Shown: piece by piece, positions 14,953-27,795 of the stretch
How the letters are laid out: every line of letters begins with the position of its first letter
Position numbering within the stretch: the stretch's first letter is position 1
NCBI GenBank assembly: GCA_021613535.1
Contig: CP075496.1
Span: 1,240,001 to 1,304,000 of the forward strand
Source: Adineta vaga
Taxonomy: Eukaryota > Animalia > Rotifera
Direction: 5' to 3'
Length of the DNA: 64,000 bases
Program-made: the position numbers and the translations under genes
The notes under the pieces: model-generated
The model's database searches: none
What the model was told of the DNA's origin: nothing
The model's input: only the letters and a program-made list of their open reading frames with translations

Positions 14953-15936
14953 ATGGATGCGATTATTCTCTATGGTTATACACCAACAACTTGTCATTTA
15001 GCACGAATTTTTTCATCCGTTGGTCTTCAAGTTTATCTATTTCTTTCTGAACAATGTTCTTCTTTATCATCTCCCTATTTTACGCTTATAACTGATCCAA
15101 ATGATATTCCATATCTATCATCAATAGTAATAAATTGTCAAACTGATTTAATCTTAATCAAAACGTTAATTAATTCTTTTCCAAATGAATATAAACAACG
15201 AATGGCTTATGTCGAATGTTCATCGGTTTTTCGTTCAAATCAATTAGAATTATTTTATAATGAAATGAAATTTTCTTTTTATCTTTTTATGAATCTAATC
15301 GAATTAGAGACAAGTACAATAATTCAACCACATTTTCATCTTATTTGTAGTGGTGATCGAATTGTCTATGACAAATTACTTCTACAACGAAATCTTCCAG
15401 TTAAAATCACTTTTTTACATCAAACTCAAACACCATTCGATGCATTTTATCTTTGTTTATTACATCGATATTCTCAAGCAATTCATCTACTTATCTACGC
15501 GGAAATGATGGCAATTCTCAAAGCTGCAAATGATATTTATCCAGGTAGATCAATCTTAAAAGAAAGAAAAGCAGTTCCTAAGAAATTCTAAGATTGACTG
15601 TTCTCCCTTCGTCAATCTCATTTGTTCATATTCTTATTAAAAATGAAACTTTTAGGAAATCTTCAATTTTTATTCGATTGGTCTTATATAAAACGTCCAT
15701 TAATGCGTCAAATAATTCTTCAATCGACTTCATCATCATTTACCTGTACAACAATCAATGATTTTCAATTACTTCTCGAATGTATCATTGATTATTTTTA
15801 TAAGAAGAATTCCAATACTACAATTCAAAATCATTTTCAAAACATTACTTTCAAACTTTATAAACTCATTTCGAATTTAGATATCAATCAAAAACAAATA
15901 CCCTTATTTCAATTATATACATTATATCAGTCATAA
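14953..15936 (+). CDS. Divergent 3-hydroxyisobutyrate/6-phosphogluconate dehydrogenase-fold (GLYR1-like) protein, probably non-catalytic; intron 15545-15655
   Basis: ~290 aa with family blocks in the right order: IILYGYTPTTCHLARIFSSVGLQVYLF, IVINCQTD, YVECSSV, LICSGDRIVYDKL, IYAEMMAILKA; no GxGxxG. Confidence 0.55.
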
Positions 15937-16067
15937 TTTTAATAGTAAATTGTTTTGTTTTTTTGTCGTCATATAAGAATATAAAATAGTAATTTGATGT
16001 AGTCATAGATATTGTATGTTTATTTCTGTCTTCAGATCAAAAGTAATTTTTCTAAACAAAAAATTCA

Positions 16068-17112
16068 ATGGATGATTATTCAACAAAAATTAAACTCTCT
16101 GCTGAACATTTAATACGTGTGGAATTTCCGGAAAAAGCATTAGAACTTGATACACTTGTTTCTGTTTGTATATTTGAAAAAGAATTTTCTTTGCGAAAAC
16201 TTAAGTTTTTTGTTTTAAAAGAGTCAAGTGTTATCATTCAGTGAAGTAACGAAAGTTCGAGCAGAAATTCAATTACCAACAGCAGATGATCTTGTTGCAC
16301 ACAGTAATAACATTGGATTCGGTGATGTAAGTGTAAATTTTATCGAAAAATCTTATCTGAAAATAAAGAAATTTAGGATCGTCATAATTCCAATTCGGTA
16401 ACTAATAATAGTACAACAAAAAAACGTAAAACAGAATCAACAAATCATGAGGCGATTAGTGGAACGCCGATCTATGTTTTTCATGGTGTTGTTCCATCTA
16501 ATCCATTAATTACAACTCTTGAAGAAAAACTTAAACCATATATCTTTCATTTTCTTGATAGTGTAAGTGAATCGTTTTCTTTTCAAGAATCGTTTGATTA
16601 GTTCGATCATTTAGATTGCGATTATTAAATTATGGATTCAATTGATGATACCAAAAGTTGAAGATGGAAATAATTTTGGTGTTAGCATTCAAGAAGTAAA
16701 CAATTAAAGATTTGATTTTTAGGATAATTGAAATGATTGTTGGATTTAGGATTCATTAGCTGAAGTTCGAACATTAGAAACGGATGTTACACAATATTTG
16801 GATTTAACATATAAATATTTGATTTCTCGTGGTGAATTAGTGAAAAAAGTAGCGAAATATCCTCATGTTGATGATTATCGTCGAAGTGTTCAATCATTAG
16901 ATGAAAAACAATTTGTCTCAATGCGTTTCATCGCCCTTGAACTTCGAAATCATTATGTAAGATCAAATTAAATCTCTCTTCTTTTTCCACTCAATTAATT
17001 TTTCTCTCTCTCTCTCTTCTTCTCAATTTAGACAAGTGTTCATGATCTTTTAATGAAAAATTTAGAAAAAATAAAACGACCACGATCAGTTCAAACACAT
17101 TCAATGTATTAA
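16068..17112 (+). CDS. PSME3: Proteasome activator PA28gamma (REG-gamma), multi-exon
   Basis: FPEKALELD; IKLWIQLMIPKVEDGNNFGVSIQE; VAKYPHVDDYRR; KNLEKIKRPRS...MY C-terminus; KKRK NLS in the insert. Confidence 0.95.
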
Positions 17113-17842
17113 AAAAGAAAAAGAATATTATTTCATATCTATCCTATTCATTTCATGTTTCTTGTTCTCAATAAATTGTTACCGTTCTTCATCGGGTATA
17201 TCAGTTCTATTCAGTTTATATTTGTAATTGACTCATGATGATCTTTAAAAGTATTCATTTCAGAAACAAACAGATCGTGATAATAATGATCAATTGTGTA
17301 AATAGATTTTTCATCATTATCTATTTATAAAACTAAACTCTAATCTAAATAAATTGAATTTACAACGTCATTGAATAAAATACCAAGAAGATTAAACAAT
17401 AATCTGTGAGTCAATTAATGTGGGATAAAAGTAAAATAGTTGCTGAAAATTTAGTATGTGTAAACATTATAATAAGTGTCCTACGGCATCTCTTTCAATG
17501 TGTCATAACCGTAAAGACGAACTTTGAATTTTTATCGTTAAAGTTTTCTTTTTTTTGTTTAGTTTTAAAAAGAAGTATTTCGCTTGATTACTTTTCTGAG
17601 TCTTGTTATTTTTAAAAATCTGACAGTATTCAATGAGCTATTTGTATATACATATTTATGTTTTTCTTTTAAACGCATATATATGTATATGTATAAATGC
17701 GATACGATTCTCTTATGAAATAATTACTAAAACCTACGATTTTTCTTGTTTTCGTATAAATATAGAAGGAGAACAATATTCGTTGCTGCTTAAATTACAA
17801 AACGAAATAAATATCTTATTCGCTTTTCTTATTACATCAATA

Positions 17843-18362
17843 ATGCAATTTCCGTTAATTATATTGATTCTTTCCATTTTTACATATTCATATCTCAATG
17901 CTATAGCCATTGATGATTTTCATTGTAAAGTACCAACATGTCGAGATTTTCACTATGTAAGTTTCAATTTATTCTTTCATTAATTTATCAACCTTTTTTC
18001 AAAACAAATTCTTAGGGTTTATTAAATAAATCACGTCATGGACATTATGTTGAAGTTTGTTATGAAACTGTTTATGCTTTACAAGAAATTCCACGAATAC
18101 ACGGGAAATGTATCCATGGAAATACAGGAAAAATCAACGCACCTTGTATTCGTAAGTAAATTTGATTGTTTTCTTCAAATAGCATAAAAATCGATCTGTC
18201 ATTTTAGATGCATTGGCTTTGACGATTAGAAAATGTATGATTGAATTATCTGATTTACCTGAAAATACAGCAAAATTCTATTGTGGTTATACATTAATGA
18301 AATATTGTGCAGTACATATTGGTCTTGAACATTTTCCCTTAAGAAGTGATGACAATATCTAA
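17843..18362 (+). CDS. Secreted 8-cysteine small protein, copy 1 (exons 17843-17956, 18016-18151, 18208-18362)
   Basis: Signal peptide, then DDFHCKVPTC...FYCGYTLMKYC; two canonical introns at the same positions in all three copies. Confidence 0.85.
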
Positions 18363-19388
18363 AGAATTCATTCTCGCATCAGTAATATTAATTGAAGAAA
18401 ACAAAATCTCGGTGATTATTGTTTTAAGCTAAGAGAATACAGATGTTTTTCACTGATGCATTAGGAAAACGAAATACAAATTCCAGAGAAAATGAAGCAT
18501 GTTTTTTATCTTTTGTAAAAACATATGAGAAAGATAATATTTTTTATACTAAACCTTTTTATTCGCAATAAAACGAAATTATTTACTAAATATAATCGAA
18601 AAATTCAAAGAAATCTTTATTTCATCTTCTAAAGAAATGTGAAGCTTTGTTAAACATTCCGGTGTTTCTTTTTCTGGAATTGTGTCACATTCTAAACATT
18701 GAAATTCTTTAGATTTTAGATACAATTAACGACGTGGTGTAATGGTATTTGTTTTCCTCAAATTTTTTCATATTTATCTCCACAAGTAAGAATTAAAATC
18801 ATTTCGTTTCTTGAACAGAAAACTGAAATGTTCTTGTTTTTCCTGAGTACTTTTCATCTGTCAATGATAAATCTGTAGTTTTAGATTTGACTTTAACCAT
18901 CATAGGAAAAAATGGAAGTAAAAATATAACATCGTTTTTTGTCGATTAGGTTTTTCGAATGCAAACTTCATTTACACACAGTCAATTTGATAGAAGGATG
19001 AGACTTTTTCGTGTAAATTCAACTGTTTAATTCTCGTCAATAGGGAGAGATCCATCTCTTCTTCAGTAATTCTCCTTTAAGATGTGATTCACTAGAATTG
19101 GTATAATCGTACTTATTTTTTTAGATTGTCAACTACTTCTTCATTGAAGTATCTTATGATGGTTCATATTTGAATTTAAATCAAAGAAATTTTCTCGTCT
19201 ATTTTTAGGAATACACGTACATTTGATATATGAATCTCACGAGAATGATTAGACGAATGTTTCGAATATTTCTTCTTTGCACGTCGATTATTTTGTATAT
19301 AAGATCGTTGTTATTAATATACGTACTAATATAACGAAAAAACGGACAAGAATGTTTAACAGATGGGTTTTATGAAACTTTCATTTAG

Positions 19389-19913
19389 ATGAATATGAAA
19401 AAGTCAATCTATTTTCTTGTTCTAATTGTATTAATCGATGGATGTTTGATAAATGCTATAGCCATCGATGATTTTCATTGTAAAATCCCAACATGTCAAG
19501 ATTTTCACTATGTAAGTTTCAATTTATTCTTTCATTAATTTATCAGCCTTTTTCAAAACAAATTCTTAGGGTTTATTAGATAAATCACGTCATAGACATT
19601 ATGTTGAAGTTTGTTATGAAACTGTTTATGCTTTACAAGAAATTTCGCGAATACACGGGAAATGTATTCATGGAAATACAGGAAAAATCAATCCACCATG
19701 TATCTGTAAGATAATTTGATTTGTCGTCGAATTCTACAAAGACAATCTGTCATTTTAGATGCATTGGCTTTGACAATTAAAAATTGTCTGAGTGGATTAT
19801 CTGATTTACCTGAAAATACAGCGAAATTCTATTGTGGTTATACATTAATGAAATATTGTGCAGTACAAGTTGGTCTTGGACATATTCCATTGAGAACTGA
19901 TAATAATATTTAG
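19389..19913 (+). CDS. Secreted 8-cysteine small protein, copy 2 (chimeric)
   Basis: Same exon structure and Cys spacing; signal peptide like copy 3, mature region and introns like copy 1. Confidence 0.85.
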
Positions 19914-20447
19914 AGAATTCATTCTCACATCAATAATATTAGTTGAAGTAGAAAATCTCATTGATTATTCTTTTGAGCTAAGAGAATATAAATGTTTTTT
20001 TATTTATACATTAATAAAACGAAATAAAAATTCTAGAGAAAGCTAATATTTTTTATACAAAATATTTTTGTCAATAAAACAAAGATGTAAATAAGTCTTA
20101 TACAGTCATACAAATAGTATTAATTCATTTTGTAAGGCAATTGATCAAAGTGATGAAAGAAATCTATTAGTTACTTACATGAACATGACAAAATGTGAAT
20201 CTTTGTTAAGCATTCGGATGTTTTTACTTCTGAAATTGTGTTACATTCTAAATATTTTCGTCAATAACAATTAGAATCTTCTTATTTCTCAAATAAACGA
20301 ACACGAACTCCTTATGATATTGAAATATTCTTGTTTTTCCCGAGTACTTTTCATTTGTAAGTGACAAATCATCAATTCTGAATTTGACTTTAATGATCAT
20401 AAGAAAAAATCGAGAATCAGTCTATCCTTTATGATAGATCGACAGCT

Positions 20448-20605
20448 CCGGGCTTTGCACGAGCATGCAAAGCTCACATTTTCACTCCTCCCCCACTCTC
20501 ACTTTTGCTCCGATAGTTCCTATTGCGCGGAAATGTCATTTCCCGGTTCTTTATATAAATCTCATACAATCAGTTATCATTTTCAAAATAGCGGCTGATG
20601 CAAAT
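20448..20605. mobile_element. Probable short interspersed element fragment with a terminal hairpin
   Basis: Higher-GC segment absent from the other duplicate unit; begins with the stem-loop gctttgca-cgagca-tgcaaagc (20452-20473). Confidence 0.35.
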
Positions 20606-20879
20606 ATTTTTTTATATTGTCAACTACTTCGTCATCGAACTATCTTGTGATGGTTCACATTTGAATTTAAATCAAAGAAATTTTCTCGTCTCTTCTTAGG
20701 GATACACGTACATTTGATATATGAATCTTACGAGAATGATTAGACGAATGTTTCGAATATTTCTTCTTTGCACGTCGATTATTTTGTATATAAGATCGTT
20801 GTTATTAATATACGTACTAATATAACGAAAAAACGGACAAGAATGTTTAACAGATGGGTTTTATGAAACTTTCATTTAG

Positions 20880-21412
20880 ATGAATATGAAAAAATCAATC
20901 TGTTTTCTTGTTCTAATTGTATTAATCCATGGATGTTTAATTAATTCAATGGCATTTGATGATTTTCATTGTAAAGTAGCAACATGTCGTGAATTTCATT
21001 ATGTAAGTTAATCAATCCTTTTCAAATCACTAAAAATTAAATATTTCTTCACATAGGGTTTAAAACATTTACCTCATTATCAAAGATATGTCGATACATG
21101 CTATGATACAGTAGCTGTATTACAAACAATTCCTCGTCGTTTTGGTAAATGTGTTGATAGTTCAATTCGGCAAATCAATCCATCATGTATTCGTAAGTTT
21201 TTCTATGGAAAAACGTTTGTATAATAGAAGAATTCGATTTTCTAGATGCATTAGCAAAGACAATCAAAACTTGTATTGCTCAATTACACGATCTTTCAGA
21301 AATAAGTGCACGATATTATTGTGGTTATACATTAATGAAACATTGTGCGGTCAATGTTGGTTTGGAACGATTTAAATTAAAATTTCCCGAAAGTGATTTC
21401 ATGAATAATTAA
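20880..21412 (+). CDS. Secreted 8-cysteine small protein, copy 3 (divergent)
   Basis: MNMKKSICFLVLIVLIHGCLINSMAF-DDFHCKVATC...YYCGYTLMKHC...PESDFMNN*; Cys spacing identical to copies 1 and 2. Confidence 0.85.
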
Positions 21413-22099
21413 AGCAAATCAGACAGTTTTCTTCGTCTTGAAATGTATATAGTTTAGATTGAGTTTAATATATCGATCAAATTGAATACGAATGTAAGAA
21501 AGTGTGAATTATATAAATAAACGATTCTTTATCGATTTGCTCATAAGAATAATAAAAGTTATTTTTAGTATTATTGAAGTTAGGAATTGAAAAATATTTC
21601 TGTAGAACACTCAAAAAATACTGATCTTGCAATCGGTCATCAAGATTCCCAGGATCTATCATTGTGAATACTTCCGTCATCAGTCAATTTACTTACTTAT
21701 TAATAACTTTGATCTGCTGAATTACAAAACGCTTGACCTAATCGATAAAATAATGAAACAAGAAAATTTAATGATTGTTCTCTTGTAAATAAAGTATTTA
21801 TTCTTGTATTCGATATGATACATCTTCTCTAATTTGTTTTCTATAAAAAAAATTGAATTTCCTTTTTGTTTTTCTTAATATATCTCCGTTCATACAGATC
21901 AACCTTGTAAATTAAACTAAAATATGAATTCTGCAAACGAATTTTCAGATTGTCCTTCATTTCAAAAAGTAAAAACGTCTATCTGTACTAAACGTTCTCT
22001 TCATTTTCTATAAAATGAAGTTTTCGTTGAAGTATATGCAACTTATCCTGATCGACATATATTTGTTTAATATCAGTTCTTGTGCGATAGTAATCATTG

Positions 22100-22815
22100 T
22101 AAGGAAGCATTGGAAATATTTATTCAATCGGATGTTTCATCCGAGTATGAATGTATATGGAAAAATGATCAACCAGAAAGAACTGTTGAATTATTTGACA
22201 AAATCAAAGGTGAGAAGTTGAATCCAGATGAATTATATTAATTTTACTTTTTGATGTATGTTCAAAACTTGGTGATCTTTCATTTGTCTCAATTATCAAA
22301 TCCATTTATTCAAGTTGGATTAATTGATCTATAGGTAATAACGAGATGCGACTTTATAGATCGATTTCCACTATTTTGAATCGATTAAAATTGGTCTTCC
22401 GAATAAAACTAAAGAAATTTTCGATGTAGTTTCACTTTCCTTTAGTTTTACTTTATGAAAGTTTAAACCGAATGAGTAGAGAAGCAATTGAATAATACTA
22501 ATTATGTATATGTTTTAATGCATATTCTCTTACGACTCTTGTTGGTCAAGCGCAGAAACTCATGAATGAATATGAAAAATCTCATCATCTTGATATTCAG
22601 ATGTACAGTAAGTTAACATTCAACTCAAATTCTTCTGGACTGTAATCGATGGAAAAGTTCATTTAAGTTATAATGAGTTTATAAGAATCGTATTTGATCT
22701 TTTCAATAGAAATTTCGAGCTTATGATCATTTATGGATAACACGAGAGATTAATGATGATGATGAAAATGTTCAATCAATCTTATCCGCATACAGCGAAC
22801 GATTAGCAATTGTCG
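22100..22815 (+). pseudogene. Decayed, internally deleted PPR-DYW pseudogene
   Basis: Ordered fragments with stops and frameshifts: NDQPERTVELFDKIKGEKLNPDE, DVCSKLGDLS, LNRMSREAIE, QAQKLMNEYEKSH, WTVIDGKV, KFRAYDH, WITREINDDDENVQSILSAYSERLAI; these parallel the intact gene at 28609-30992. Confidence 0.75.
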
Positions 22816-22996
22816 TAATTTTAAAAAAAGTCTTTATTTTCTAAAAGTAAGATAATTCTTTGCAGTTAAATCTGAGAACCTTTAACCTGACATTGATAGA
22901 AATTTTTTTTTTAGTTTATTTATTTATTAAGGTTTTGATTGTTCATATCTATTTTCGTTCAATTAGACAATCGTACTGGTTAAGGAGAAGAGGAGT

Positions 22997-24453
22997 TTAG
23001 TGTGTAGCACAATTAACTTGTGTTGGTCCGCCTTGAGCACGTGGATCATCTTCATCATACATATCATGTCTTTGTGATCGCTGTGATTGTCGTGGATCGA
23101 ATTCTACTAAAACACATTCTTCAGCTTCCATTGGAAGTGTAACTTCTGGACGTGCTGGTAAAACTTTTTCTAATTGTGTAACAGCATCTGGACGTAATTC
23201 GTTTTTACTTGGAAATTTGACGTCAAAATGAAGAACCAATCGACCTTTTTCCAGTGGATTTCGATAGACAGGCATACCTTCATTTAAGACACATTTAATA
23301 TCTCCAGGTTTAACAACTTCACCTAAAGCAAAATGAAACATAGAAATATTTTCCATTAAAAATAAATTATTCCTACCTGGTAATGATGTGATAACTAATT
23401 GTCGATTATCAAGTGTTTTAATTACTTTTTGAAATCCACATAATGATTCGACTAATGTGATTTGCATTTTCATATGTAAATCAGTTTTATCTCGTTTAAA
23501 TGTAGCATGTTCTTTTTCATCCAAAACGACAACAATATCTCCAGCTTCCAGTCCTGGTTCTTGATCACCTTCACCACTAAATGTGATTTTCTTTCCATCT
23601 TCCATACCTACAAAATATTCCATAATATTTCTAAATTTCTTGATTAGTTTTCATCTCTATTACCTTTATCAATATGAACTTCGATAATTTTTCTTTCTCG
23701 AACAATCTTTTTTCCGTCACATGTTTTACATTTATCTCTTTGATTAATTTTTTCTCCTTGTCCTTCACAATCGGAACAATGTGATCGCATTTGTTGAATC
23801 ATTCCTGGTGCTATTTGATTAATTCGTACAACATAACCACTTCCATTACATGTCGTACATTTTGCTACAGCACCTTTCTTTCCACCACGACCTAAAATTT
23901 CAATTAATTATCTTCAAAATAAAATAAATTCTCATATCTTACCTTCACATTTATCGCAAATAACATTTTTTTGTAAAGCTAATTTTCTTACAGCTCCATT
24001 ATAAAGTTCTTCTAATGAAACAGCAAGTTGATGAACAAGATTTTTTCCTCGATTATCTTGTCGGCCACCACCAAATGGGCCACCACCACCGCCGCCGCCA
24101 AAGAACATATTGAAAATATCAAATGGATCTGAACCATGAAATCCACCAGCACCTGCACCTTCTTTCATACCTTGTTCGCCAACTTGATCGTACAATGAAC
24201 GTTTCTTTTCATCCGATAAAACTTCATCTAAGAGAAAAACAAGTTTTTGTTTGAATAAAAAACAAAAGAATTGTATTTTTTAAAAGATAAACTTACATGC
24301 TTGAGAGAGTTGTTTGAATTGTTCCGGATCATTGTCGGGATTTTTATCTGGATGTAATTTTAAAGCTAATTTTCGATAAGCTTTTTTAATTTCATCGACG
24401 GTTGCATTCGGTTGAACACCAAGGATGTCATAATATTTCGTATCTTTCACCAT
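22997..24453 (-). CDS. DNAJA1: DnaJ/Hsp40 subfamily A co-chaperone
   Basis: [14 protein letters not shown]-domain with HPD; G/F region; four CxxCxGxG repeats; C-terminal CaaX (CATH). Confidence 0.95.
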
Positions 24454-24472
24454 AATTGTCAACGAATTTAAA

Positions 24473-24490
24473 TTCGAGAAGCTTCTAGAA
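24473..24490. promoter_or_regulatory. Perfect heat-shock element (four alternating nGAAn units)
   Basis: TTCgaGAAgcTTCtaGAA, 20 bp upstream of the DNAJA ATG; TATA-like run at ~24549-24565 and CCAAT at ~24628. Confidence 0.8.
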
Positions 24491-24820
24491 AAGTCGACGA
24501 CTATGAAGTTACTTGCAGCTGAATAAAACACTCAACGTGTGCCTTTATTTATATATATATATATACGATAAGAAAACGGATGAAGGAAGGAAGAAAAAAA
24601 AAGTCAACGGGGCGACTATGACTCAGACCAATCAGATTTAAGATGATAGAGAACAGAAAAAAACACCATCTAGAAATTTCCTCTGAAAATATGTGTGTTG
24701 ATAGTGATTGAAAAAACCATAGTATGAGAAGATCATCATCGAATAACAAGAGGAGAAAATATCATCTGACAAAATAAAAATAAAATCGAAAAAAGATCAA
24801 TACTGTTTCATCACATTTCT

Positions 24821-27795
24821 TCACTTCTCTGTTAAAAGTCCATCAAATCCATTTATTGTTCGATTCATTGATAAAATCTGTTCTCGCAATTTTGACCACA
24901 ATACTTTCGATTTATCACAGAACTCTGTTGGAGGATCACCTGGAATTCCATACAGAATGTTTGATAACGATGGAAATGGTACAACTGTATTGCCTAAGCC
25001 AAATGCAGGTCCAAATAGAATGTGTCTAAAATTATATCAAAACTCTTCTAAATGATCTGTAGAGAAGGGAGATAATATAAACATTACTTGGAAGTTTTAT
25101 TGGGGATACTCATCCCAAATAGTTGATCATTACCAATAAATAAACGTTCGAATTCAATCAGTTCTTGATTCAATGATTGCAAACTCATATAGCTGAATGA
25201 CAACAAAACGAAGAATGACAAAATATTGTGTAATATGGAATGAAAATGTTCATACTCTGTTTTCGATACTTGATTGATACGAGATTGAACTTGTCGAATA
25301 GATTTTGTGAATTCATTCATCGTTTTTGTAAATTCACCTAGCAGAAAAGAATCATCGATTGATTTGATTTCAATTGAACTATTCTTTTCTTTTACTTGGA
25401 TCTCCGATATGAGAAGAGACTGATTCGTATCCTCGTTTGTGATGATCAAGAAAAGCAACAACTAATCTATCAATCTGTTGAGCATAGTTTGTTAGATTGA
25501 AAGGTATCAATGGTTCATCAACTAATTGTCGAATGATTTCTGTGACAAATTGTGTATAAGCAACAAACACATCTGCTTTCATTTCATGATCACTCACAAT
25601 TGGTTCATGACGAACATAGAATGTATCATTTCTCAATGTCTAAAATGAAAATAAATGTATGTGAAATGACAACAATCAACTTTTCTCTTTCATGTGTGGC
25701 AAAAGAAGATTCTCGAATCTACCATCCTCAACATGTTTACACACATACCTGTTCATCAGTCATCTCGATGAGAATAGACGGAATACCATATTGTAATTGA
25801 AATACTGATGCTGACGAATCTGAATCAATACTCTGAACAATTCCAGGACTTCGATTACGACTTGCTCTCAACCATTCATCAAACAATTTGTATGTTTCAC
25901 ATTTGTTTTCTTCTTGTTCGTTTGATTTCATCTGATGTTCATGATTACCATCACGTCGTTTTCGACTATGATCATGATGATGATTTTGTTCATGCGACAT
26001 CATTGCTGTTGCTGATGTTGTTGTTGTTGTTGTTGTCATTTGTCGATGATAACATGTGTCACTGTGTGGAAGAGGACTGGCAACATAATTTGCAGCACGA
26101 TAAGCAACTTGTTCTAATAGAGAAGAACCGTGAAGATTCAGAGTTGAATTTCCAATAATGTCATTTCCAAGATCAACATATGCAACCAGATTTCGATCGA
26201 TTAACCGAGAATTATCCGCAATCCATCGATGAACTAAACAAATCATCAAAGATGTATTTCATCATTGGCGTATTACAAAACTCACTTGTATAATGATCAT
26301 AGTTCAAGCTAGACCAAGCACAAAACACAATTGATCGTCTAAAAGAAGAATCGTGAGACAGTTTTTCTTCTGAATTTCGAATCATACTTTGGTTTCCAAC
26401 CACTTTTAATTCGATTTGTATATGCTTGAATAATTTCATTGATAATTCTATTCTGTTGAACTGAACTTAATTCAGATCCAATCATCACAAAACGTTCAGC
26501 ATCGATTGTACCACGAATAGAACTCATTACAACTGGTAGTTGTGTCTGCACATCTTCCATATTGACAACTAATCTCAATTTGATGGTGGAAAGTGTTCCA
26601 CCAATTTTCATTGATGTTGACTTTTGATGCCATTGTGATGGACATGATGACCATTGATTCGAATCAGGCTGAAGAGATGCAAAGATTCTCTGAACATCAT
26701 TGTATGAAAGAATTAGAACACGAATGAAATGATCTTTCGTCTTGAGAATATCATCAATATAGTTCTCACGATCTAAACTCAATAAGTCAATCGATATTTG
26801 AGATTTAGATCGCATGGATTAACATTACCTTTTCGATCAGGAAATCTTCTCCATTCATTAAAATATGATTGCCGATGATTAGTTGTTGTTATTTGTTGAT
26901 TTTCATGATCATCGAACAGAACTAAAGCATCGAATCCATAATAAATAGCTTGATGGATTTGTTCTGTTTGTGAAAGAATCGATGATTGACGTCGCATGAA
27001 AACAATGGATTTGTTAGATGCACCGAAATTGATTCCATTATTTAATAAATATGCAAAATCATCTTGTCGACCATAGTTGACATAATAGATGGAGTTTGCA
27101 TCAATTGTACCCGATTTCAGCAAGGACGAAAATGAGATGAAATCATTTGTTGATGAACGATCGATTTTCAGCAATTCTGTTTCACCTTTTGCATCGAATA
27201 GCTGAATACCACTCCATGGAGATGATGCATATTTGGATAAGATAGTATCATAAGAGAACTTGTTAACATGATCTAATGAAGGTGAAAGAGATTGCCATTT
27301 GTCATATAATTTGTTCGCTGCATCAGCTTCATTTTGCATGGAACTAGAAAGAAGAATGAATTGAATCGAATCGAATAGAGGAAATAAAAGAAAAGATCGA
27401 TCGTATTTACTGATTCAGATTGATGAAGTTGGTTTTGTGATTGCTTGAGATAGTTTTGTTTGAATTGATAGATCGACATTGAGATTTTGTTGATAAGAAT
27501 TGGATGTTGATGTTCGACTATCAGTACTTTGAGAGAATTGATAAAGTACAATGGCCACTCCAGTGACACAGCCGAGTACAAAAGCGCCTAAGAGTAAAAT
27601 GAAACATAGAATGGGTTGTGATGTAGCTGTTTGATGACGATGATAAGTTCGTGGACGTTTTGCAACAACTGGAAAGCGATCATTTGAAGGTGATGATGGT
27701 GAATGTGTGATTCGATGATGAAGATCATCTTCATCATTATCTTCGTCGGCAGAGAGAAGAAGTGCAGCGTTTTCTTCGCTTCCTAATTGACGCAT
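24821..27795 (-). CDS. Type II membrane M28B pseudopeptidase (transferrin receptor/NAALADL2-like), copy A; 1-nt deletion frameshift near 27433
   Basis: N-terminal tail plus one TM; PA domain IYYVNYGRQDDF; IRGTIDAERFVMIG; GWKPKRSIVFCAW; LVAYVDL; TfR dimerisation domain with RHILFGP; zinc ligands replaced. Confidence 0.8.

Larger units (their letters stand above)
17897..20942 (+). repeat. Tandem duplication, unit ~1.5 kb (~17897-19452 and ~19453-20942)
   Basis: Gene bodies match, as do intergenic blocks 18637/20193 and 18830/20328 and the upstream blocks 19127-19445 vs 20617-20935. Confidence 0.85.

Noticed and set aside
21477-21760. Minus-strand ORF fragment after the peptide cluster
   Set aside because: No recognisable homology or gene structure
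25808-26158. Plus-strand ORFs antisense to the TfR-like genes (also 35457-35792, 34477-34677) and other antisense ORFs over ycaC, RPB6 and PPM1D
   Set aside because: Shadow ORFs of real genes on the opposite strand; their repetition reflects the duplication
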